Shown in pieces: positions 26,701 to 40,500 of a DNA stretch of 64,000 bases (its first letter is position 1; each line of letters begins with the position of its first letter). A program made the translations under genes and the position numbers. The notes under the pieces were generated by a model. It had not been told where the DNA came from. It did not search any database and saw nothing but the letters and a program-made list of their open reading frames with translations. Source of the DNA: the human T2T-CHM13v2.0 reference genome, Homo sapiens. The stretch lies in assembly GCF_009914755.1 (NCBI RefSeq), contig NC_060948.1. One strand, given 5' to 3'.

Positions 26701-29700
26701 TCATGAAACGGAATGGAATGAATTGGAACGGAATGCACTCGAATGGAATGGAATGTCATGGAATGGCATCAAATGGAATGGCATCAAATGGAATGGAATC
26801 GAATGCAATGGAATGCTATGGAATGGAATGGAATGCATTGGAATGGAATGTCCTCTAATGGAATGGATTCGAGTGGAATGGAATCGAATATAATGGAGTC
26901 GAATGAAATGGAATTGAAAGGAATGGGATCGAATACAATGGAATATACTGGAATGTAATGTAATGAACTCGAATGTAATTGACTGGAATGGAATGTACAT
27001 GAATGGAATGTAATCGAATGGAAAGTAATCCAATGGAATAGAATCTAATGCAATAAAATCGACTCAGATAGAGTAGAATGTAATGGAATGGAGTGCAGTG
27101 CAATGGAATGGAATGGAATGGAATGCAATGGAATGGAATGGAATGGAATGGAATGGAATGGAATGGGATGGGATGGAATGGTATGGAATGGATAGTAATG
27201 GACTGGAGTGAAATGGACTGGAAAGGAATGGACTCAAATTGAAAGGGCTCGAAAGGAATGGAGTCAAATGGAATGGTCTGGAATGGAATGAACACGAATG
27301 TAATGCAATCCAATAGAATGGAATCGAATGGCATGGAATATAAAGAAATGGAATCGAAGAGAATGGAAACAAATGGAATGGAATTGAATGGAATGCGAAC
27401 GAATGGAGTGAAATTGTATACAGTAGAAGGGAATAGAATGGAATGCAAGTGAAAGGAAAGGAATGGATTGGAATGGAATGGAATTCATTGGAATGGAAGG
27501 GAATGTAGTGTAATGGACAGGCCTGGAATAAAGTGGAATGCTACGGTCTCGAATGGAATAAAAATGTATGGAATGGAATGCAATGAAACGGAATCGAATG
27601 TCATAGAATGTAATGGAATGCAAAAAAATGGAATCCAAAATCATTGACTGGAAAGGCTGGGTGTCGAAAGGAATTGACTCCAATGGAATGGAATCGAATG
27701 GAATGGAAGTGAATAGAATCGAACTAAATCGAATGGAATGGAATTGATAGGAACGGAATGGAAAGGAATGCAATGATTTGGCATGGAATGGAATCGAATG
27801 GCATCGAATGGAATGGAATGGAATGCAATGGAATGGAATGTATTAGAATGTAATGAACTTTAATGGAATGTACTCGAATGGATTCGACTGGAATGGAATG
27901 TTCTGGAAGTGAATGGACTCCAATGGAATGGATTCAAAAGGAATGGAATCGTACGGAATGGAATCTAATGGAATGGAATTAAATGGAAATGAATCAAATT
28001 GAATAGCACGGAATTGAATTGAATGGAATGGAATGCAATGGAATCTAATGAAACGGAAAGGAAAGGAATGGAATGGAATGGAATGGGCTGGAATGGAAAG
28101 GAATCGAAACGAATGGAATGGAATCGAACTGAAGAGACTGGAATGGAATGCACTGGAATGGAAGGGAGTGTAATGGAAGGTTCTCGAAAAAAATGGAATC
28201 GAATGGAATGGAATTGAATGGAACGGAATAGAGTCGAATGGAATTGAATGGAATGGAATGGACTAGAGTGAAATGGAATCGAACCACAAGGAATGGACAG
28301 GAATAGAATGGTCTCGAATTGAATGGAATCGTATGGAATGGCATCAAACGGAATGGAATGGACAGCCACGGAATGGAATGCACTCGAATGCAATGGAGTC
28401 GAAACTAATGGACTGGAATAGAATGGACTCGACTGGTACGGACTCCAATGGAATGGAATCGAATGGAAGGGAATCGATCGGAATGGACTCGAAGGGAAAA
28501 GACTGCAATGTAAAGGTCTCGAATGGAATGGAAATTAATGGAATGGAATGGAATCGAATGAAATGGAGTCAAAAGGAATGGAATCAAATGGCAAGAAATC
28601 GAATGTAATGGAATCGCAAGGAATTGATGTGAACGGAACGGAATGGAATGGAATCCAAAGGAATGGAATAGAATGGAATGGAATCGAATGGAAAGGACTC
28701 GAATGGAAATCACTCGAATAGAATGCAATTTAATAAAATAGGATGAAATGTAATGGAATGGAATGGAAAGGAATCGAAACGAAAGGAATGGAGACAGATG
28801 GAATGGAATGAAACAGAGAGCAATGGTATAGAATGGAATGGAATCATCTGGAATGGAATTGAATGGAATGGAATAATATGAAATGGAATGGAATGGAATG
28901 GAATGGAATGCCCTTGAATTAAATGGACTGGAATGGAATGGACTCGAACAGAGTGGAATGGAAAGTGTTGAGATAGAATGGGATGGACTCCTTTGGAATG
29001 GTGTAGTATGCAATGCAATCGACTGGCAGGGAATCAAAAGGAATGTAATCGAATGGATTGGACTGGAATGCAATGGACTCGAATAGATTGGAAACGGAAT
29101 GCAAAGGAATGGAATGGAATAGTATGGAATGGAATGGAAAGGAATGGAGTGGAATAGACTAGAGTGGAATGGAATGGACTGGAAAGCAATGGACTGGAAT
29201 GGAACTTTCTTGAATGGACTGGAATCAAACGGAATGGAATGCAATGCAATCAAATGGCATGGAATAAAATAGAATGAAAGAGAATCAAATGGAATTGAAT
29301 CGAATGGAATCGAATGGATTGGAAAGGATTAGAATGGAATGGAATGGAATTGACTCAAATGGAATGGACTAGAATGGAATGGATTCGAATGGAAGGCAAA
29401 GGAATGGAATCTATTGGAATGGACTGTAATGGAATGGAATGGAAGGGATTGGAATGGACTCGAATGGAATGGACTGCAATAGAAAGGATTCGAATGGAAT
29501 GAAAAAGAATTGAATGGAATAGAACAGAATGGAATCAAATCGAATGAAATGGAATGGAATAGAAAGGAATGGAATGAAATGGAATGGAAAGGATTCGAAT
29601 GGAATGCAATCGAATGGAATGGAATCGAACGGAATGGAATAAAATGGAAGAAAACTGGCAAGAAATGGAATCGAAATGAACGGAGTGTTATGGAACGGAC

Positions 29701-32700
29701 TCAAAAGGAATTGAATATAATAGAATGGAGTGGAGTGGACTCGAATATAATGGACTGGAATGGAATGAAATCACATGGAATGGGAACGAATGGAATGGAA
29801 TGGAAAGGAATGGAATCGAATGGAAAGGAATCGAATGGAAGGGAATGAAATTGAATCAACAGGAATGGAAGGGAATAGAATAGACGGTAATGGAATGGAC
29901 TCGAATAGAATGGACACGAATGCTCAAATTGAATGGACTCGAATGGAATGGAAACGAAAGGAATGTCATCGAATGGAATTGAATCGATTGGAATGAAATC
30001 GCATAGAATGGAGTGGAATCAAATGGAATTGAATCGAAAGGAAAGGAAGCGAATGGACTGAAATGAAATGGAATGGAATTGAATGGAAAGTAATGCAATG
30101 GAATAGAATGGAACGAAATTTCACGGAATGGAATCAAACTGAATGGAATCAAATCAATGGAATCAAATCAAATGGAATGGAAAGGAATTGAATGGAGTAG
30201 ATTGGATTGGATGGGATTGGAATGAAATGTACTGGAAAGGACTCGAATTTCATGAAACGGAATGGAATGAATTGGAACGGAATGGACTCGAATGGAATGG
30301 AATGTCATGGAATGGCATCAAATGGAATGGCATCAAATGGAATGGAATCGAATGCAATGGAATGCTATGGAATGGAATGGAATGCATTGGAATGGAATGT
30401 CCTCTAATGGAATGGATTCGAGTGGAATGGAATCGAATATAATGGAGTCGAATGAAATGGAATTGAAAGGAATGGGATCGAATACAATGGAATATACTGG
30501 AATGAAATGTAATGAACTCGAATGTAATTGACTGGAATGGAATGTACATGAATGGAATGTAATCGAATGGAAAGTAATCCAATGGAATAGAATCTAATGC
30601 AATAAAATCGACTCAGATAGAGTAGAATGTAATGGAATGGAGTGCAGTGCAATGGAATGGAATGGAATGGAATGCGATGGAATGGAATGGAATGGAATGG
30701 AATGGAATGGAATGGGATGGGATGGAATGGTATGGAATGGATAGTAATGGACTGGAGTGAAATGGACTGGAAAGGAATGGACTCAAATTGAAAGGGCTCG
30801 AAAGGAATGGAGTCAAATGGAATGGTCTGGAATGGAATGAACACGAATGTAATGCAATCCAATAGAATGGAATCGAATGGCATGGAATATAAAGAAATGG
30901 AATCGAAAAGAATGGAAACAAATGGAATGGAATTGAATGGAATGGAATTGAATGGATTGGGAACGAATGGAGTGAAATTGTATGCAGTAGAAGGGAATAG
31001 AATGGAATGCAAGCGAAAGGAAAGGAATGGATTGGAATGGAATGGAATTCATTGGAATGGAAGGGAATGTAGTGTAATGGACAGGCCTGGAATAAAGTGG
31101 AATGCTACGGTCTCGAATGGAGTAAAATTGTATGGAATGGAATGCAATGAAATGGAATCGAATGTCATAGAATGTAATGGAATGCAAAAAAATGGAATCC
31201 AAAATCATTGACTGGAAAGGCTGGGTGTCGAAAGGAATTGACTCCAATGGAATGGAATCGAATGGAATGGAAGTGAATAGAATCGAACTAAATCGAATGG
31301 AATGGAATTGATAGGAACGGAATGGAAAGGAATGCAATGATTTGGCATGGAATGGAATCGAATGGCATCGAATGGGATGGAATGGAATGCAATGGAATGG
31401 AATGTATTAGAATGTAATGAACTTTAATGGAATGTACTCGAATGGATTCGACTGGAATGGAATGTTCTGGAAGTGAATGGACTCCAATGGAATGGATTCA
31501 AAAGGAATGGAATCGTACGGAATGGAATCCAATGGAATGGAATTAAATGGAAATGAATCAAATTGAATAGCACGGAATTGAATTGAATGGAATCGAATGC
31601 AATGGAATCTAATGAAACGGAAAGGAAAGGAATAGAATGGAATGGAATGGGTTGGAATGGAAAGGAATCGAAACGAATGGAATGGAATCGAACTGAAGAG
31701 ACTGGAATGGAATGCACTGGAATGGAAGGGAGTGTAATGGAAGGTTCTCGAAAAAAATGGAATCGAATGGAATGGAATTGAATGGAACGGAATAGAGTCG
31801 AATGGAATTGAATGGAATGGAATGGACTAGAGTGAAATGGAATCGAACCACAAGGAATGGACAGGAATAGAATGGTCTCGAATTGAATGGAATCGTATGG
31901 AATGGCATCAAACGGAATGGAATGGACAGCCACGGAATGGAATGCACTCGAATGCAATGGAGTCGAAACTAATGGACTGGAATAGAATGGACTCGACTGG
32001 TACGGACTCCAATGGAATGGAATCGAATGGAAGGGAATCGAACGGAATGGACTCGAAGGGAAAAGACTGCAATGGAAAGGTCTCGAATGGAATGGAAATT
32101 AATGGAATGGAATCGAATGAAATGGAGTCAAAAGGAATGGAATCGAATGGCAAGAAATCGAATGTAATGGAATCGCAAGGAATTGATGTGAACGGAACGG
32201 AATGGAATGGAATCCAAAGGAATGGAATAGAATGGAATGGAATCGAATGGAAAGGACTCGAATGGAAATCACTCGAATAGAATGCAATTTAATAAAATAG
32301 GATCAAATGTAATGGAATGGAATGGAAAGGAATCGAAACGAAAGGAATGGAGACAGATGGAATGGAATGGAACAGAGAGCAATGGTATAGAATGGAATGG
32401 AATCATCTGGAATGGAATTGAATGGAATGGAATAATATGAAATGGAATGGAATGGAACGGAATAGAATGCCCTTGAATTAAATGGACTGGAATGGAATGG
32501 ACTCGAACAGAGTGGAATGGAAAGTGTTGAGATAGAATGGAATGGACTCCTTTGGAATGGTGTAGTATGCAATGCAATCGACTGGCAGGGAATCAAAAGG
32601 AATGTAATGGAATGGATTGGACTGGAATGCAATGGACTCGAATAGATTGGAAACGGAATGCAAAGGAATGGAATGGAATAGTATGGAATGGAATGGAAAG

Positions 32701-34579
32701 GAATGGAGTGGAATAGACTAGAGTGGAATGGAATGGACTGGAAAGCAATGGACTGGAATGGAACTTTCTTGAATGGACTGGAATCAAACGGAATGGAATG
32801 CAATGCAATCAAATGGCATGGAATAAAATAGAATGAAAGAGAATCAAATGGAATTGAATCGAATGGAATCGAATGGATTGGAAAGGAATAGAATGGAATG
32901 GAATGGAATTGACTCAAATGGAATGGACTAGAATGGAATGGATTCGAATGGAAGGCAAAGGAATGGAATCTATTGGAATGGACTGTAATGGAATGGAATG
33001 GAAGGGATTGGAATGGACACGAATGGAATGGACTGCAATAGAAAGGATTCGAATGGAATGAAAAAGAATTGAATGGAATAGAACAGAATGGAATCAAATC
33101 GAATGAAATGGAATGGAAGAGAAAGGAATGGAATGAAATGGAATGGAAAGGATTCGAATGGAAAGGATTCGAATGGAATGCAATCGAATGGAATGCAATC
33201 GAATGGAATGGAATCGAACGGAATGGAATAAAATGGAAGAAAACTGGCAAGAAATGGAATCGAAATGAATGGAGTGTTATGGAACGGACTCAAAAGGAAT
33301 TGAATGTAATAGAATGGAGTGGAGTGGACTCGAATATAATGGACTGGAATGGAATGAAATCACATGGAATGGGAACGAATGGAATGGAATGGAAAGGAAT
33401 GGAATGGAATGGAACGGAATCGAATGGAAGGGAATGAAATTGAATCAACAGGAATGGAAGGGAATAGAATAGACGGTAATGGAATGGACTCGAATAGAAT
33501 GGACACGAATGCTCAAATTGAATGGACTCGAATGGAATGGAAACGAAAGGAATGTCATCGAATGGAATTGAATCGATTGGAATGAAATCGCATAGAATGG
33601 AGTGGAATCAAATGGAATTGAATCGAAAGGAAAGGAAGCGAATGGACTGAAATGAAATGGAATGGAATTGAATGGAAAGTAATGCAATGGAATAGAATGG
33701 AACGAAATTTCACGGAATGGAATCAAACTGAATGGAATCAAATCAATGGAATCAAATCAAATGGAATGGAAAGGAATTGAATGGAGTAGATTGGATTGGA
33801 TGGGATTGGAATGAAATGTACTGGAAAGGACTCGAATTTCATGAAACGGAATGGAATGAATTGGAACGGAATGGACTCGAATGGAATGGAATGTCATGGA
33901 ATGGCATCAAATGGAATGGCATCAAATGGAATGGAATCGAATGCAATGGAATGCTATGGAATGGAATGGAATGCATTGGAATGGAATGTCCTCTAATGGA
34001 ATGGATTCGAGTGGAATGGAATCGAATATAATGGAGTCGAATGAAATGGAATTGAAAGGAATGGGATCGAATACAATGGAATATACTGGAATGTAATGTA
34101 ATGAACTCGAATGTAATTGACTGGAATGGAATGTACATGAATGGAATGTAATCGAATGGAAAGTAATCCAATGGAATAGAATCTAATGCAATAAAATCGA
34201 CTCAGATAGAGTAGAATGTAATGGAATGGAGTGCAGTGCAATGGAATGGAATGGAATGGAATGCAATGGAATGGAATGGAATGGAATGGAATGGAATGGG
34301 ATGGGATGGAATGGTATGGAATGGATAGTAATGGACTGGAGTGAAATGGACTGGAAAGGAATGGACTCAAATTGAAAGGGCTCGAAAGGAATGGAGTCAA
34401 ATGGAATGGTCTGGAATGGAATGAACACGCATGTAATGCAATCCAATAGAATGGAATCGAATGGCATGGAATATAAAGAAATGGAATCGAAGAGAATGGA
34501 AACAAATGGAATGGAATTGAATGGAATGGAATTGAATGGAATGGGAACGAATGGAGTGAAATTGTATGCAGTAGAAGGG

Positions 34580-37500
34580 AATAGAATGGAATGCAAGTGA
34601 AAGGAAAGGAATGGATTGGAATGGAATGGAATTCATTGGAATGGAAGGGAATGTAGTGTAATGGACAGGCCTGGAATAAAGTGGAATGCTACGGTCTCGA
34701 ATGGAATAAAAATGTATGGAATGGAATGCAATGAAACGGAATCGAATGTCATAGAATGTAATGGAATGCAAAAAAATGGAATCCAAAATCATTGACTGGA
34801 AAGGCTGGGTGTCGAAAGGAATTGACTCCAATGGAATGGAATCGAATGGAATGGAAGTGAATAGAATCGAACTAAATCGAATGGAATGGAATTGATAGGA
34901 ACGGAATGGAAAGGAATGCAATGATTTGGCATGGAATGGAATCGAATGGCATCGAATGGAATGGAATGGAATGCAATGGAATGGAATGTATTAGAATGTA
35001 ATGAACTTTAATGGAATGTACTCGAATGGATTCGACTGGAATGGAATGTTCTGGAAGTGAATGGACTCCAATGGAATGGATTCAAAAGGAATGGAATCGT
35101 ACGGAATGGAATCTAATGGAATGGAATTAAATGGAAATGAATCAAATTGAATAGCACGGAATTGAATTGAATGGAATCGAATGCAATGGAATCAAATGAA
35201 ACGGAAAAGAAAGGAATGGAATGGAATGGAATGGGCTGGAATGGAAAGGAATCGAAACGAATGGAATGGAATCGAACTGAAGAGACTGGAATGGAATGCA
35301 CTGGAATGGAAGGGAGTGTAATGGAAGGTTCTCGAAAAAAATGGAATCGAATGGAATGGAATTGAATGGAACGGAATAGAGTCGAATGGAATTGAATGGA
35401 ATGGAATGGACTAGAGTGAAATGGAATCGAACCACAAGGAATGGACAGGAATAGAATGGTCTCGAATTGAATGGAATCGTATGGAATGGCATCAAACGGA
35501 ATGGAATGGACAGCCACGGAATGGAATGCACTCGAATGCAATGGAGTCGAAACTAATGGACTGGAATAGAATGGACTCGACTGGTACGGACTCCAATGGA
35601 ATGGAATCGAATGGAAGGGAATCGATCGGAATGGACTCGAAGGGAAAAGACTGCAATGGAAAGGTCTCGAATGGAATGGAAATTAATGGAATGGAATGGA
35701 ATCGAATGAAATGGAGTCAAAAGGAATGGAATCGAATGGCAAGAAATCGAATGTAATGGAATCGCAAGGAATTGATGTGAACGGAACGGAATGGAATGGA
35801 ATCCAAAGGAATGGAATAGAATGGAATGGAATCGAATGGAAAGGACTCGAATGGAAATCACTCGAATAGAATGCAATTTAATAAAATAGGATCAAATGTA
35901 ATGGAATGGAATGGAAAGGAATCGAAACGAAAGGAATGGAGACAGATGGAATGGAATGGAACAGAGAGCAATGGTATAGAATGGAATGGAATCATCTGGA
36001 ATGGAATTGAATGGAATGGAATAATATGAAATGGAATGGAATGGAATGGAATGGAATGCCCTTGAATTAAATGGACTGGAATGGAATGGACTCGAACAGA
36101 GTGGAATGGAAAGTGTTGAGATAGAATGGAATGGACTCCTTTGGAATGGTGTAGTATGCAATGCAATCGACTGGCAGGGAATCAAAAGGAATGTAATGGA
36201 ATGGATTGGACTGGAATGCAATGGACTCGAATAGATTGGAAACGGAATGCAAAGGAATGGAATGGAATAGTATGGAATGGAATGGAAAGGAATGGAGTGG
36301 AATAGACTAGAGTGGAATGGAATGGACTGGAAAGCAATGGACTGGAATGGAACTTTCTTGAATGGACTGGAATCAAACGGAATGGAATGCAATGCAATCA
36401 AATGGCATGGAATAAAATAGAATGAAAGAGAATCAAATGGAATTGAATCGAATGGAGTCGAATGGATTGGAAAGGAATAGAATGGAATGGAATGGAATTG
36501 ACTCAAATGGAATGGACTAGAATGGAATGGATTCGAATGGAAGGCAAAGGAATGGAATCTATTGGAATGGACTGTAATGGAATGGAATGGAAGGGATTGG
36601 AATGGACTCGAATGGAATGGACTGCAATAGAAAGGATTCGAATGGAATGAAAAAGAATTGAATGGAATAGAACAGAATGGAATCAAATCGAATGAAATGG
36701 AATGGAATAGAAAGGAATGGAATGAAATGGAATGGAAAGGATTCGAATGGAATGCAATCGAATGGAATGGAATCGAACGGAATGGAATAAAATGGAAGAA
36801 AACTGGCAAGAAATGGAATCGAAATGAATGGAGTGTTATGGAACGGACTCAACAGGAATTGAATGTAATAGAATGGAGTGGAGTGGACTCGAATATAATG
36901 GACTGGAATGGAATGAAATCACATGGAATGGGAACGAATGGAATGGAATGGAAAGGAATGGAATCGAATGGAAAGGAATCGAATGGAAGGGAATGAAATT
37001 GAATCAACAGGAATGGAAGGGAATAGAATAGACGGTAATGGAATGGACTCGAATAGAATGGACACGAATGCTCAAATTGAATGGACTCGAATGGAATGGA
37101 AACGAAAGGAATGTCATCGAATGGAATTGAATCGATTGGAATGAAATCGCATAGAATGGAGTGGAATCAAATGGAATTGAATCGAAAGGAAAGGAAGCGA
37201 ATGGACTGAAATGAAATGGAATGGAATTGAATGGAAAGTAATGCAATGGAATAGAATGGAACGAAATTTCACGGAATGGAATCAAACTGAATGGAATCAA
37301 GTCAATGGAATCAAATCAAATGGAATGGAAAGGAATTGAATGGAGTACATTGGATTGGATGGGATTGGAATGAAATGTACTGGAAAGGACTCGAATTTCA
37401 CGAAACGGAATGGAATGAATTGGAACGGAATGGACTCGAATGGAATGGAATGTCATGGAATGGCATCAAATGGAATGGCATCAAATGGAATGGAATCGAA

Positions 37501-40500
37501 TGCAATGGAATGCTATGGAATGGAATGGAATGCATTGGAATGGAATGTCCTCTAATGGAATGGATTCGAGTGGAATGGAATCGAATATAATGGAGTTGAA
37601 TGAAATGGAATTGAAAGGAATGGGATCGAATACAATGGAATATACTGGAATGTAATATAATGAACTCGAATGTAATTGACTGGAATGGAATGTACATGAA
37701 TGGAATGTAATCGAATGGAAAGTAATCCAATGGAGTAGAATCTAATGCAATAAAATCGACTCAGATAGAGTAGAATGTAATGGAATGGAGTGCAGTGCAA
37801 TGGAATGGAATAGAATGGAATGCAATGGAATGGAATGGAAGGGAATGGAATGGAATGGAATGGAATGGAATTGGATGGGATGGAATGGTATGGAATGGAT
37901 AGTAATGGACTGGAGTGAAATGGACTGGAAAGGAATGGACTCAAATTGAAAGGGCTCGAAAGGAATGGAGTCAAATGGAATGGTCTGGAATGGAATGAAC
38001 ACGAATGTAATGCAATCCAATAGAAGGGAATCGAATGGCATGGAATATAAAGAAATGGAATCGAAGAGAATGGAAACAAATGGAATGGAATTGAATGGAA
38101 TGGAATTGAATGGAATGGGAACGAATGGAGTGAAATTGTATGCAGTAGAAGGGAATACAATGGAATGCAAGCGAAAGGAAAGGAATGGATTGGAATGGAA
38201 TGGAATTCATTGGAATGGAAGGGAATGTAGTGTAATGGACAGGCCTGGAATAATGTGGAATGCTACAGTCTCGAATGGAATAAAAATGTATGGAATGGAA
38301 TGCAATGAAACGGAATCGAATGTCATAGAATGTAATGGAATGCAAAAAAATGGAATCCAAAATCATTGACTGGAAAGGCTGGGTGTCGAAAGGAATTGAC
38401 TCCAATGGAATGGAATCGAATGGAATGGAAGTGAATAGAATCGAACTAAATCGAATGGAATGGAATTGATAGGAACGGAATGGAAAGGAATGCAATGATT
38501 TGGCATGGAATGGAATCGAATGGCATCGAATGGAATGGAATGGAATGCAATGGAATGGAATGTATTAGAATGTAATGAACTTTAATGGAATGTACTCGAA
38601 TGGATTCGACTGGAATGGAATGTTCTGGAAGTGAATGGACTCCAATGGAATGGATTCAAAAGGAATGGGATCGTACGGAATGGAATCTAATGGAATGGAA
38701 TTAAATGGAAATGAATCAAATTGAATACCACGGAATTGACTTGAATGGAATGGAATGCAATGGAATCTAATGAAACGGAAAGGAAAGGAATGGAATGGAA
38801 TGGAATGGGCTGGAATGGAAAGGAATCGAAACGAATGGAATGGAATCGAACTGAAGAGACTGGAATGGAATGCACTGGAATGGAAGGGAGTGTACTGGAA
38901 GGTTCTCGAAAATAATGGAATCGAATGGAATGGAATTGAATGGAACGGAATAGAGTCGAATGGAATTGAATGGAATGGAATGGACTAGAGTGAAATGGAA
39001 TCGAACCACAAGGAATGGACAGGAATAGAATGGTCTCGAATTGAATGGAATCGTATGGAATGGCATCAAACGGAATGGAATGGACAGCCACGGAATGGAA
39101 TGCACTCGAATGCAATGGAGCCGAAACTAATGGACTGGAATAGAATGGAATCGACTGGTACGGACTCCAATGGAATGGAATCGAATGGAAGGGAATCGAA
39201 CGGAATGGACTCGAAGGGAAAAGACTGCAATGGAAAGGTCTCGAATGGAATGGAAATTAATGGAATGGAATGGAATCGAATGAAATGGAGTCAAAAGGAA
39301 TGGAATCGAATGGCAAGAAATCGAATGTAATGGAATCGCAAGGAATTGATGTGAACGGAACGGAATGGAATGGAATCCAAGGAATGGAATAGAATGGAAT
39401 GGAATCGAATGGAAAGGACTCGAATGGAAATCACTCGAATAGAATGCAATTTAATAAAATAGGATCAAATGTAATGGAATGGAATGGAAAGGAATCGAAA
39501 CGAAAGGAATGGAGACAGATGGAATGGAATGGAACAGAGAGCAATGGTATAGAATGGAATGGAATCATCTGGAATGGAATTGAATGGAATGGAATAATAT
39601 GAAATGGAATGGAATGGAATGGAATGGAATGCCCTTGAATTAAATGGACTGGAATGGACTGGACTCGAACAGAGTGGAATGGAAAGTGTTGAGATAGAAT
39701 GGAATGGACTCCTTTGGAATGGTGTAGTATGCAATGCAATCGACTGGCAGGGAATCAAAAGGAATGTAATCGAATGGATTGGACTGGAATGCAATGGACT
39801 CGAATAGATTGGAAACGGAATGCAAAGGAATGGAATGGAATAGTATGGAATGGAATGGAAAGGAATGGAGTGGAATAGACTAGAGTGGAATGGAATGGAC
39901 TGGAAAGCAATGGATTGGAATGGAACTTTCTTGAATGGACTGGAATCAAACGGAATGGAATGCAATGCAATCAAATGGCATGGAATAAAATAGAATGAAA
40001 GAGAATCAAATGGAATTGAATCGAATGGAATCGAATGGATTGGAGAGGAATAGAATGGAATGGAATGGAATTGACTCAAATGGAATGGACTAGAATGGAA
40101 TGGATTCGAATGGAAGGCAAAGGAATGGAATCTATTGGAATGGACTCTAATGGAATGGAATGGAAGGGATTGGAATGGACTCGAATGGAATGGACTGCAA
40201 TAGAAAGGATTCGAATGGAATGAAAAAGAATTGAATGGAATAGAACAGAATGGAATCAAATCGAATGAAATGGAATGGAATAGAAAGGAATGGAATGAAA
40301 TGGAATGGAAAGGATTCGAATGGAATGCAATCGAATGGAATGGAATCGAACGGAATGGAATAAAATGGAAGAAAACTGGCAAGAAATGGAATCGAAATGA
40401 ATGGAGTGTTATGGAACGGACTCAAAAGGAATTGAATGTAATAGAATGGAGTGGAGTGGACTCGAATATAATGGACTGGAATGGAATGAAATCACATGGA

